Origin: Candidatus Micrarchaeota archaeon
Lineage (GTDB): Archaea; Micrarchaeota; Micrarchaeia; Anstonellales; Bilamarchaeaceae
Reading direction: 5' to 3'
Length of the DNA stretch: 52,274 bases
Assembly (NCBI GenBank): GCA_018304385.1
Contig: JAGVWJ010000012.1
Location: 1 to 52,274 of the forward strand
In this document: piece after piece, positions 8,444 through 17,483 of the stretch
Numbering within the stretch: the first letter of the stretch is position 1
Layout: each line of letters begins with the position of its first letter
Translations under genes and position numbers: made by a program
The notes under the pieces: model-generated
The model's input: only the letters and a program-made list of their open reading frames with translations
Database searches by the model: none
What the model was told of the DNA's origin: nothing

Positions 8444-9358
8444 ATGAAAACCAGAAGTATTTTGCTTATCGGGTACGGTTCGATAGGAAAAAGGCACGCA
8501 AGAAATCTTATAGAAATGGGTTTGACTCCTTTTATCTTAACGAAACATCCTGATGATCTTAATGCTACATTCTTAAACGATGTAAGCGAGCTAGGTGGTA
8601 GAAATATAGAATACTGCATCATATGCTCGCCAACTTCGGAACATTTAGATAGCTTGAAAAAATGCCTTTCCCTGAAACATGGGCCTAAAAAAATTCTAAT
8701 TGAAAAACCGCTCGAGGCAACTTATGCTAAAGGGATCCAGGTAAAAAAAATATCTGAAAAGTTTGATGTAGAAATATTTGTTGCGTATAACCTGAGGTTT
8801 CTTGAGGTATTTAAAACTATCAGGGGCTTTCTAGAAAAAAATAAAGGTATTAGGATTGTAGAAATTGTTGCTGGCCAGGATCTAAAGGAATGGAGATCAG
8901 CCAGAGATTATACACGATCATATAGCGCTCATCGCGAACAAGGCGGTGGTGTTGACCTTGATCTTTCGCATGAGATAGATTATGTGCTATGGCTTTTTGG
9001 GGATAAAATCATTGATAAAATGATGTATAGGAAAAAAATAAGCGACTTGGAAATAGATTCTCCTGATATTTTCAAGTTATTCCTTAGATACGAAAGGTTT
9101 GTTGTTGATGTTACGCTTGATTATATAAGAAAACCAAAAACAAGATATATAAGAATAATTTGTGAGAATGGCGAAAACTTATATTATGATTTTACAACAA
9201 ATAGAATAGATATAAGGACAAGGGAGACAACATTTGCCGACAGTATCGGACAGTCATACAAGAGGATGCTAATGTCATTTCTTGCGGATGAAACAAACAA
9301 AAGGAAATTATGCACAATCGAAGAAGGTTTAAAAGTATTAAAAATTTTAGAGGTTTAG
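8444..9358 (+). CDS. Gfo/Idh/MocA family oxidoreductase (PtmF-like, legionaminic acid clusters)
   Basis: GYGSIGKRH, EKP and DLSHEID motifs. Start refined by the GGAGA SD. Confidence 0.88.
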   Translation: MKTRSILLIGYGSIGKRHARNLIEMGLTPFILTKHPDDLNATFLNDVSELGGRNIEYCIICSPTSEHLDSLKKCLSLKHGPKKILIEKPLEATYAKGIQVKKISEKFDVEIFVAYNLRFLEVFKTIRGFLEKNKGIRIVEIVAGQDLKEWRSARDYTRSYSAHREQGGGVDLDLSHEIDYVLWLFGDKIIDKMMYRKKISDLEIDSPDIFKLFLRYERFVVDVTLDYIRKPKTRYIRIICENGENLYYDFTTNRIDIRTRETTFADSIGQSYKRMLMSFLADETNKRKLCTIEEGLKVLKILEV

Positions 9359-9360
9359 AC

Positions 9361-10089
9361 ATGTTTAATGGACTTAATGTATTATGTACCGTCTGTGCAA
9401 GAGGTGGTTCTAAGGGAATCCCAGGGAAGAATCGTGCACTGATAGCTGGAAAGCCGTTAATTTTTTACACATTTGACACGGCAAAAGAGTGTGAGTATCT
9501 TGATGATATAATAATATCTACCAACGATGATGAAGTTATAAAACTAGCCAAGGCTAGGGGCATCAATGTTCCATTCAAAAGGCCGGAGAACATATCTGGA
9601 GATGATGCCTCCAAAATCGAAGTTGTTAGACATGCAGTGGAATGGGCAGAAAGAAATTATCATAAAACATATGATATTATCGTGGACTTAAGTATTGTGT
9701 CGCCATTAAGGTCTGCCGAGGATATCAAAAATTCGATCGAACTTTTAGTTAATGAAAAGGCAGATAATGTATTTTCAGTATCACCGCCATATAGAAACCC
9801 ATATTACAATGTAGTCGAAATAGTTGATGGTAAAATCAAAATAGTTAGAAAACCAGGGAAAAAGCTGGTAAGAAGACAGGATGCACCTCAAGTATATGAT
9901 ATGAACGACTCTATATATGTCTGGCAAAGAAAGATATTATTTGAAAAGGATACTGTTTTTAATGAAAGGACAAAAATGTATATTATGCCTCGCGAACGCG
10001 GTATTGATATTGATGAACCATTTGACCTGCAAGTTGTTTCATTGCTGATTGAAAGATCAGCTGCTAAAACAGGTGATGAAAATGTTTAA
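9361..10089 (+). CDS. neuA: CMP-nonulosonate synthetase (NeuA/LegF/PtmB family)
   Basis: ARGGSKGIPGKN, RRQDAP and DIDEPFD motifs. Confidence 0.93.
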   Translation: MFNGLNVLCTVCARGGSKGIPGKNRALIAGKPLIFYTFDTAKECEYLDDIIISTNDDEVIKLAKARGINVPFKRPENISGDDASKIEVVRHAVEWAERNYHKTYDIIVDLSIVSPLRSAEDIKNSIELLVNEKADNVFSVSPPYRNPYYNVVEIVDGKIKIVRKPGKKLVRRQDAPQVYDMNDSIYVWQRKILFEKDTVFNERTKMYIMPRERGIDIDEPFDLQVVSLLIERSAAKTGDENV

Positions 10090-10861
10090 CATAAAAAATA
10101 AAGTAGTAGTAATAACTGGAGGCTTGGGCCTGCTTGGGAATGCGTTTTCAATGGAATGCGCCAGACATGGCGCTAGTGTTGTAATTGCTGATCTTGATGA
10201 CAAAAAAGCAAAGGATACTATAGAAAGAATAAAAAAGGAAACCAAAAATAACAACGTACTGTTTCAGCATTGTAACATAACAAATAAAGACGATGCATTG
10301 GCACTTATAGATGCGACACTAAAAAAATTCGGAAAGATAGACGCACTGGTTAATAACGCCTATCCAAAAAATAAGAATTACGGAAAGAAATTTGAAGAAG
10401 TTTCATTTGAGGATTTTTGTGAGAATATAAATATGCATTTGGGCGGTTATTTCTTAATAACAAAAGAAGTATCAAAAATAATGATAAAACAAAATTTTGG
10501 AAACGTAATAAATCTTGCTTCAATATACGGTTTTTCAGCTCCAAAATTTGAAATATATGAAGGTACGCAGATGACAATGCCTGTTGAGTATGCTGCAATC
10601 AAGGGTGCAATAATAAACCTGACCCGGTACCTGGCAGCATACTTGGGTAAGTATAATATAAGGGTTAATTCTATATCTCCAGGCGGAGTTTTCAACGACC
10701 AACCAGAAAGTTTTGTCAGAAAATATTCCAAGAACGTTGTGTTGGGAGGAAAAATGGCCGCAACAGAAGATCTGACAGGAATTTTAATATTCTTATTATC
10801 AGACGCATCAAAATATATGACAGGACAAAATCTGGTGATCGATGGCGGCTGGACATTATAA
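10082..10861 (+). CDS. Classical SDR oxidoreductase (PtmA/flagellin modification protein A-like)
   Basis: TGGLGLLG, NNAYP and EYAAIK (YxxxK) motifs; AGGTGA SD before 10082. Confidence 0.88.
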   Translation: MFNIKNKVVVITGGLGLLGNAFSMECARHGASVVIADLDDKKAKDTIERIKKETKNNNVLFQHCNITNKDDALALIDATLKKFGKIDALVNNAYPKNKNYGKKFEEVSFEDFCENINMHLGGYFLITKEVSKIMIKQNFGNVINLASIYGFSAPKFEIYEGTQMTMPVEYAAIKGAIINLTRYLAAYLGKYNIRVNSISPGGVFNDQPESFVRKYSKNVVLGGKMAATEDLTGILIFLLSDASKYMTGQNLVIDGGWTL

Positions 10862-10882
10862 ATTTTTTCTGCAAACAGGAGA

Positions 10883-10980
10883 TATTCAGAACCAACTAAG
10901 TAATACCGATTCGGGATTATAGGTTTTATCCCGTGGGTTCTGAATAGATCGATCCAACAAACAAAGTTGGATCGGGATAA
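10883..10980 (+). promoter_or_regulatory. Structured 5' leader with alternative pairings, upstream of the hisF/hisH paralogues
   Basis: 11-bp stem 10883-10893/10936-10946; 9-bp hairpin 10950-10958/10966-10974; TTATCCCG (10926-10933) is complementary to 10973-10980 and, in its ATCCCG part, to 10912-10917. Confidence 0.5.
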
Positions 10981-10989
10981 GGAATAACT

Positions 10990-11847
10990 ATGACAATTCG
11001 TATTATACCAAGATTAGATATTAAAGGGCCAAACCTTGTAAAAGGCATCCATCTTGAAGGCCTGCGCGTGCTTGGAAAGCCTTGGAATTTTGCATATCGT
11101 TATTACCAAGAAGGTGCAGATGAATTAATTTATATGGATGTTGTAGCCAGCCTTTATGGTAGAAATAATCTTACAGAGATAGTTAAAAAAACCGCTGAGA
11201 ATATCTTCATTCCGTTGACAGTTGGCGGGGGTATAAGAACGGTTGAGGACATAAAAACACTGCTGCGCGCTGGTGCAGACAAGGTTGCAATAAATACAGC
11301 GGCTATACATAATCCAGATCTCATAAAAGAGGGGGCAGAGATTTTTGGTTCGCAATGCATTGTTTCTGCCATCGAGGCTAAATATATGAATGGAAGATAC
11401 GAGGCAATGACTGATAATGGCAGGGAAAAAACCAGCAAGGATGTGTTTAAATGGGTGCAAGAGGTTGTTAACCTTGGGGCTGGAGAGATTTTATTAACAT
11501 CTGTTGACAGAGACGGCACTGGGTTTGGTTATGATTTAGAACTGGTCAGAAAAATTACTGAATCTGTCTCTGTGCCTGTTATTGCGCATGGGGGTTGCGG
11601 CAAGCCAGAACATATTACTAATATTATCAAAAAGAGCAATGCAGATGCAATCTGTGCATCTACCATATTCCATTATAACTATTTAGAAAATTATGTTAAT
11701 TCTGAGGAATTCAAGGAGGAAGGGAATATTGAATTTATAAAACAAAAAACCAATTCAATTGTTTTTATGGATGATCGGATTACCAAGATGGGCATAAATG
11801 ATGTAAAAAAAATTGTAACAGAAGCTGGTGCAGAATGCAGAAAGTAA
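10990..11847 (+). CDS. HisF-like cyclase paralogue for glycan amidination (WbuZ/AglZ family)
   Basis: RIIPRLDIKGPNLVKG, VGGGIR and LTSVDRDGT motifs; lies next to a HisH paralogue in a glycan cluster. Confidence 0.9.
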   Translation: MTIRIIPRLDIKGPNLVKGIHLEGLRVLGKPWNFAYRYYQEGADELIYMDVVASLYGRNNLTEIVKKTAENIFIPLTVGGGIRTVEDIKTLLRAGADKVAINTAAIHNPDLIKEGAEIFGSQCIVSAIEAKYMNGRYEAMTDNGREKTSKDVFKWVQEVVNLGAGEILLTSVDRDGTGFGYDLELVRKITESVSVPVIAHGGCGKPEHITNIIKKSNADAICASTIFHYNYLENYVNSEEFKEEGNIEFIKQKTNSIVFMDDRITKMGINDVKKIVTEAGAECRK

Positions 11848-11859
11848 AGGGTTTTTACT

Positions 11860-12513
11860 ATGAAGGATCAAAAAATCACAATTGTTGATTATGGTATGGG
11901 AAATCTTTTCAGTATAGAAAGGGCGATAAATTATATAGGTGCCAAAGCTGAGATAACGAGCGATAGATTGAAAATAGCGAATGCAGACAAATTAATTCTA
12001 CCTGGTGTTGGAGCATTTGGAAAAGCTATGGATGAACTAAAAGAGCGAAAAATTATCGAAGCGGTATATAGGTTTGTCGAATCGAAAAAACCGTTACTTG
12101 GCATTTGCCTTGGTATGCAACTACTGTTTACTGAAAGTTTTGAATTTGGCCATCATAAAGGACTTGATCTGATTAAAGGCAGGGTGATCAGATTTAGAGA
12201 TCCGGATCCAAACTGGGTAAATTTTAAAATTCCGCAAATAGGCTGGAACAAGATAAAATCACCAGGAGAAGAACCATGGGATTACTGGAAAAATACAATA
12301 TTAGAAAGTATCCCTACTGGCTGTTTTTTCTATTTTGTACATTCTTATATTTGTGTACCTGAAAATAAAAAGTACAGCATTGCAGAATCAGAATATGGAA
12401 AGGATTTATATTGTGCAGTAATAAACAAAGATAATGTATGGGGGTGTCAGTTCCACCCTGAAAAAAGCGGCGAGGCCGGATTGAAGATATATAGAAATTT
12501 TTTAAAAATATAA
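11860..12513 (+). CDS. HisH-like class I glutamine amidotransferase (WbuY/AglY family)
   Basis: DYGMGN, PGVGAF, GICLGMQ and QFHPEKS motifs. Confidence 0.92.
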   Translation: MKDQKITIVDYGMGNLFSIERAINYIGAKAEITSDRLKIANADKLILPGVGAFGKAMDELKERKIIEAVYRFVESKKPLLGICLGMQLLFTESFEFGHHKGLDLIKGRVIRFRDPDPNWVNFKIPQIGWNKIKSPGEEPWDYWKNTILESIPTGCFFYFVHSYICVPENKKYSIAESEYGKDLYCAVINKDNVWGCQFHPEKSGEAGLKIYRNFLKI

Positions 12514-12615
12514 ACTACCGAAAATAAGATGAAATTATTGAAACAAGAAGTATTTTAAACACAAAATTGAAAATATTTGTATCTTAGCCTTAATTAATAT
12601 TTCCAGGTAGTACCT

Positions 12616-13674
12616 ATGAGAAAATATAATAAAAATTTCAAACTCGGCCATTTTGATGCGGAAAAATCCAGTTGTCTGCTAATCGCAGAGGCTGGTGTAA
12701 ACCATAATGGAAGTCTAGAGTTGGCAAGAAAGCTTGTGGACGTGGCAAAGGAAGCAAACGCAGATGTAATCAAATTCCAAACTTTTAAAACAGAAAATCT
12801 AGTAGCAGAGACAACTAGTATGGCTCCTTACCAAAAAGAAAACCTAAAAAAGAACCAGACTCAGTTTGAAATGCTTAAAAAATTGGAACTTAGCGAATCT
12901 GATTTCAGGACTCTTTTTGAATATTGCAAGAAGAAGGGGATAATAGCATTATCAACCCCGTTTGATCTGGAATCAGTTGATCTTTTGGAACGGCTAAACG
13001 TGCCTGCTTACAAAATAGCATCAGGAGAGATAACAAACACACCGCTTATAGAAAAGATTGCCAAAACAAATAAGCCAATAATATTATCAACAGGCGCTGC
13101 TAATTATGCAGAAATCAATGATGTTGTTTCCATAGCAAGTAACAGTTCTGGCGGTTTGGCAATACTGCATTGTGTTACTGATTACCCTACAAAATTCGAA
13201 GATTTGAACCTGAATGTGATGAAAACCATTGAAAAAATGTTTGGATTGCCTGTAGGTTTTTCTGACCACACAGAAGGATTAGAGGCCTCACTAGCAGCAG
13301 CTGCACTTGAAGCAAGGATAATAGAAAAACATTTCACACTTGATAAGAATATGGAGGGGCCTGATCATAAGGCATCATTGAATCCTGATGAGCTCAAACA
13401 ATGGGTAAGATCAATAAGAAACATTGAAAAAGGGTTAGGTGATGGGGTAAAAAGACTTAGTGAAAGAGAGGAAGAAATAAAAGAGTACATGAGAAAAAGC
13501 ATAATTGCTAAAAGAGATATTTTAGCTGGTGAGAGATTAAACAATGATAACATTGCCATAATGCGACCTGAAAAAGGCATACCTCCTAAGTATTGGAAAC
13601 AGGTGATTGGGAAAAAGACTAAAAAGGGAATAATGAAGTTCCACCCATTAACGTGGAGCGACATAGAAGACTAA
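12616..13674 (+). CDS. neuB: Nonulosonic acid synthase (NeuB/LegI-like) with C-terminal SAF domain
   Basis: IAEAGVNHNG, KFQ, KIASGE, LHCVTDYP, SDHT and EKHFTLD motifs. Confidence 0.95.
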   Translation: MRKYNKNFKLGHFDAEKSSCLLIAEAGVNHNGSLELARKLVDVAKEANADVIKFQTFKTENLVAETTSMAPYQKENLKKNQTQFEMLKKLELSESDFRTLFEYCKKKGIIALSTPFDLESVDLLERLNVPAYKIASGEITNTPLIEKIAKTNKPIILSTGAANYAEINDVVSIASNSSGGLAILHCVTDYPTKFEDLNLNVMKTIEKMFGLPVGFSDHTEGLEASLAAAALEARIIEKHFTLDKNMEGPDHKASLNPDELKQWVRSIRNIEKGLGDGVKRLSEREEEIKEYMRKSIIAKRDILAGERLNNDNIAIMRPEKGIPPKYWKQVIGKKTKKGIMKFHPLTWSDIED

Positions 13675-13688
13675 AAAGGGTGAGACTT

Positions 13689-14330
13689 ATGCAAATGATA
13701 ATAATTGGGGCAGGCGGTCATGCAAAGGTAGTATATGAAATACTGCGCTTTCACAAGGAGGCAGGGGTATACGCAGCCATAGATAATAAAAAACCAGTAA
13801 GGGATGAAAAAATAATTGATATCCCCATATTGGGCGGCCATGAAATAATACCGGATTTATACAATACCAAAGGGATAAAAACAGCTATAGTTGCGGTTGG
13901 TGACAACGAAATAAGAAAGGAGTATTATCTCAAACTTAAGGACATGGGTTTCCAAATAATAAACGCAGTGCATCCAAATGCATATGTATCCCCTACTGCA
14001 CAACTTGGAGAGGGCGTGGTGATCTGCCCACTGGCTGAGATAACAACTGAGGCTAAAATAGGCAATAACTGCATAATAAACAGCGGCACAATAGTAGAAC
14101 ACGAAACAATATTAGGTGACCATTCACATCTTGCTTCAAGAGTAGTTATCGCAGGTAGAACCAAGATAGGTGAAAATACATTTATAGGAGCTGGTACAGT
14201 AGTAAAGGATTACGTAAACATCGGAAAAAACGTAAAGATAGGTGCTGGTTCGGTAGTTTTGGAAGACATACCTGATAATGTAACTGCTGTAGGTGCGCCT
14301 GCTAGAGTAGTAAAGAAAAGGGAGGGTTAG
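13689..14330 (+). CDS. Sugar N/O-acetyltransferase, left-handed beta-helix (NeuD/PglD/LegH/PerB family)
   Basis: GAGGHAKVV, VGDN..R, hexapeptide repeats, VGAPAR. Confidence 0.92.
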   Translation: MQMIIIGAGGHAKVVYEILRFHKEAGVYAAIDNKKPVRDEKIIDIPILGGHEIIPDLYNTKGIKTAIVAVGDNEIRKEYYLKLKDMGFQIINAVHPNAYVSPTAQLGEGVVICPLAEITTEAKIGNNCIINSGTIVEHETILGDHSHLASRVVIAGRTKIGENTFIGAGTVVKDYVNIGKNVKIGAGSVVLEDIPDNVTAVGAPARVVKKREG

Positions 14331-14331
14331 G

Positions 14332-15177
14332 ATGATTTATACCTCTTCCTCCTGCATCGAGAACTGCAGGGACATTGAATCAGTTCTAAACGCGTATGAA
14401 AAATTAGGGATAGAACGTGTTGAATTAGGTTCAGCGCACAGGTATCATCCAAATATAAAGTCATTGGTAAAAAAATACAACTTCAAATATATTATACATA
14501 ATAATTTTCCTCCACCTAAAGAGGACCTTATTCTAAACTTAGCATCACCAAATGATGGTATATGGCAAAGGAGCATCAGTCAGGTAAAAACAGCCATTGA
14601 TTTTGCAAAATTGATAAAATCAAAGATCGTTTCTATTCATGCTGGCTTTAGCGAAGATCCAGATATAAACTTCAGGTTCTCTCTTAACCCGCAGGACAAC
14701 GATTCAGCAATGGAACGTTTCATTAAGGCATTGAAAATGCTGGAGGAATACAGCAGCAAGCAGCACATACTATTGGCAGTCGAGAACAATGTTGTTGCAG
14801 GCTACAATATCAGAGATGGGTATACGCCATTGCTAATGGGAACCTCACCTGAATGCGAATATGTTTTCAACAAAGTAAGATCTCGATATTTTGGCATGCT
14901 TCTTGATATAGCGCATCTCAATGTTTCTGCATTTAATCTTAAATTCGACCGAGATGATTTTATTGAAAGAACAAGAAAATTCGTAAAGGAATTGCACATA
15001 CACGAAAATAATGGTGTGAGTGACCAACATCTCGGATTAAGCAATGGAAGCTGGTTTGAAAAAACAGTGCGCTCATTTAAAGATCAAAAAGAACTTTATT
15101 TTACACTTGAAAGTAGTAGCCTGAAAGAAAGCGAGATCATAAAGAATCTAAAAACACTGAAAAAATGGCTTGTGTAA
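14332..15177 (+). CDS. Sugar phosphate isomerase/epimerase (AP endonuclease 2 TIM barrel)
   Basis: HNNFPPP, SIHAGF, VENN, LLDIAHL, LHIHEN..DQH metal-site pattern. Confidence 0.8.
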   Translation: MIYTSSSCIENCRDIESVLNAYEKLGIERVELGSAHRYHPNIKSLVKKYNFKYIIHNNFPPPKEDLILNLASPNDGIWQRSISQVKTAIDFAKLIKSKIVSIHAGFSEDPDINFRFSLNPQDNDSAMERFIKALKMLEEYSSKQHILLAVENNVVAGYNIRDGYTPLLMGTSPECEYVFNKVRSRYFGMLLDIAHLNVSAFNLKFDRDDFIERTRKFVKELHIHENNGVSDQHLGLSNGSWFEKTVRSFKDQKELYFTLESSSLKESEIIKNLKTLKKWLV

Positions 15178-15183
15178 TTTTTT
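15178..15183 (+). terminator. T6 tract, possible archaeal terminator
   Basis: TTTTTT directly after the TAA at 15177, in a 19-bp gap between convergent genes. Confidence 0.35.
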
Positions 15184-15196
15184 ACTGGCGTTTCGC

Positions 15197-16294
15197 TTAT
15201 GAAAGCGCCTTCTTTATACAATCACAGATATAATCGATATCCTTCTCTTCCATTCCAGCATATGAAGGCAGGCTTATACCATGATCTGAAATATAGTCAC
15301 TTACTGGAAATTTCTCATTGCTATGGTAGGGTGGCATGCGATGCAAAGGATAGAAAAAAGGTCTTGATTCGATTCCGGAATCTACAAGACTTTTCATCAG
15401 TTCCTGTTTAGAAACCTTTGAATTTTTTATTAATATATTAAACATCCAGTAAACGTTTTTTGCCCAAGGTTTGCATGCAGGTAATTCAATTATACTTTGT
15501 TTCTTCAAATCAGAGAGATGATAAACATAGCTTTTTGCTATTCTTATTCTTTCATTGATAAAAAAATCTATTTTTTCCATCTGCGCTACTCCAACAGCCG
15601 CCTGAAGATTTGTCATGCGATAATTATAACCAAGAACATCATGCCAATAACGTCTTGATGCAGTCATGCCATGGTTTTTCAAAAGCTCCATCTTTGCATA
15701 TAACTCATTGTCATCTGTTACGCACATGCCGCCTTCTCCAGTAGTTATTATTTTATTTCCATAAAAAGAAAAGCAACTGATATGGCCAAAGGAACCGACG
15801 CGCCTTTTATTCACCTCAGCTCCATGCGATTCCGCCGCATCTTCCACTACTGATATGTCATGCCTATTGGCAAGCTCCATTATCTCATCCATTTTGCAAG
15901 GATGTCCATATAAATGAACTGGGATTATTGCCTTTGTTCTCTTTGTTATTTTTTTTGAAATGGCATCTGCTGTTATGCACCCGGTTTCTCGTTCCACATC
16001 GACAAGCACTGGCTTTGCATTCGCATGCAAAACTGCGTTTGCAGTAGCTGCGAATGTAAAATCTGGTACTATTACTTCGTGTGAATGGCCGACACCTAAT
16101 GCAAGCAATGCAAGATGTAAAGCAGCGGTTCCATTGGATATTGTACTCGCATATTTAACATTACAAAACGCTGCGAATTTTTTTGAAAAAGTATCAAGAA
16201 AAGAACCTTTTGAAGATACCCATGTACTTTTAACTGCTTCTTGTACATAGAGCGTTTCCTTTTCATCAAAATAAGGTTTTGCCATAGGTATCAT
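15197..16294 (-). CDS. DegT/DnrJ/EryC1/StrS aminotransferase (GDP-perosamine synthase-like)
   Basis: SNGTAALHLAL, EDAAESHG and SFYGNKIITTGEGG (PLP lysine) motifs; directly downstream of gmd. Confidence 0.9.
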   Translation of the reverse strand: MIPMAKPYFDEKETLYVQEAVKSTWVSSKGSFLDTFSKKFAAFCNVKYASTISNGTAALHLALLALGVGHSHEVIVPDFTFAATANAVLHANAKPVLVDVERETGCITADAISKKITKRTKAIIPVHLYGHPCKMDEIMELANRHDISVVEDAAESHGAEVNKRRVGSFGHISCFSFYGNKIITTGEGGMCVTDDNELYAKMELLKNHGMTASRRYWHDVLGYNYRMTNLQAAVGVAQMEKIDFFINERIRIAKSYVYHLSDLKKQSIIELPACKPWAKNVYWMFNILIKNSKVSKQELMKSLVDSGIESRPFFYPLHRMPPYHSNEKFPVSDYISDHGISLPSYAGMEEKDIDYICDCIKKALS

Positions 16295-16343
16295 AAAAAT
16301 CAGATTCCACATAAAATCTCATATAAACAGCTAAATTATAATA

Positions 16344-17390
16344 TTACGCCTTAAGAGCTCGTGATAAAATATGTAGTTCGTCCAAGTGGTTTGGTGCATC
16401 CCAGGGAAAGACCTCTCCTTTCTGCCACCTTGTCCATCTTTCTACATCTGCCTTTGTCATTATTTTTACCAATTCATCAAATTTGACCTTTGGTTTCCAG
16501 CCAAGATGCTCTTTAGCCTTGGAATAGTCACCACACAAATGATTGACATCCAACGGTCTTTTGCATCTTTGATCTGTCTCCACATATTTATGCCAATCCA
16601 GGTCAACAACTGCAAATGCCTTTTCAACAAAATCCCTAACTGAGTGCGCCTCTCCAGTAGCAAAAACAAAATCCTCTGGCTCATGGTGCTGGAGGATCAT
16701 GTGCATCCCTTCCACATAATCGGGCGCGTACCCCCAGTCCCGCTTTGCATCTAGGTTTCCTAGCACTAATTTTTTTTGTAGCCCAAGTGATATACGAGAA
16801 ACTGCATTTGTTATTTTTCTTGTTACAAACTCAAGACCACGTATTGGGGATTCATGATTAAACAATATGCCATTTGAACAAAACATCTTATACCCTTCAC
16901 GATATATCCTTGTCATCCAATAGCCATAAAGCTTTGCTGCTGAATATGGCGATGCAGGACTAAATGTGGTTTCTTCGTTTTGCGCCTCTTTTTTATTGTT
17001 ACCATACAGCTCGCTTGTTGATGCTTGATACGTCTTTATTTTGGGATCAAAGCTTCTTATTGCCTCTAGTAGTCTTGCAACGCCTATCCCTGTTACCTGA
17101 CCTGTTCCTACTGGCTGTTCAAAAGAAGCACCAACAAAGCTCTGGGCTGCGAGATGATACACCTCATCTGGCTCTGAAACCTTTAGGGCCTCTGTTAAGG
17201 ATGCTGAGTCTATAAGTTCTGCAGGAATCAAAGTAACTTTATCATAAACATCAACTGCAAAAAGCCTCCAGAAATTTGGCGTGCTGAGCCTTCTGTAAGT
17301 GCCAAATACCTTATAGCCTTTATCAAGAAGAAATTTAGCGAGATAGGCACCATCTTGTCCAGTAATGCCAGTAATTAACGCAGATTTCAT
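16344..17390 (-). CDS. gmd: GDP-mannose 4,6-dehydratase
   Basis: ITGITGQDGAYLA, HLAAQSFV, SPYSAAK, FNHESP.RG.EFVTRKI and RDWGYA motifs. Confidence 0.97.
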   Translation of the reverse strand: MKSALITGITGQDGAYLAKFLLDKGYKVFGTYRRLSTPNFWRLFAVDVYDKVTLIPAELIDSASLTEALKVSEPDEVYHLAAQSFVGASFEQPVGTGQVTGIGVARLLEAIRSFDPKIKTYQASTSELYGNNKKEAQNEETTFSPASPYSAAKLYGYWMTRIYREGYKMFCSNGILFNHESPIRGLEFVTRKITNAVSRISLGLQKKLVLGNLDAKRDWGYAPDYVEGMHMILQHHEPEDFVFATGEAHSVRDFVEKAFAVVDLDWHKYVETDQRCKRPLDVNHLCGDYSKAKEHLGWKPKVKFDELVKIMTKADVERWTRWQKGEVFPWDAPNHLDELHILSRALKA

Positions 17391-17483
17391 GGCAATATGA
17401 TGTCGGATTATAATTAAAAGCTTAATGCCTTAACTTGTTGTATATACATCCAATTAATTCGTGTTTTGATTAGGTGATCATAG
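17391..17483. promoter_or_regulatory. Divergent promoter (gmd / epimerase operon)
   Basis: TTATAATTAAAAG near 17408-17420; AGGTGA SD before the GTG at 17484. Confidence 0.45.

Noticed and set aside
10990-12513. Histidine biosynthesis hisF/hisH
   Set aside because: No other his genes are nearby; the context with a WbuX/AglX-type enzyme indicates glycan amidination paralogues.
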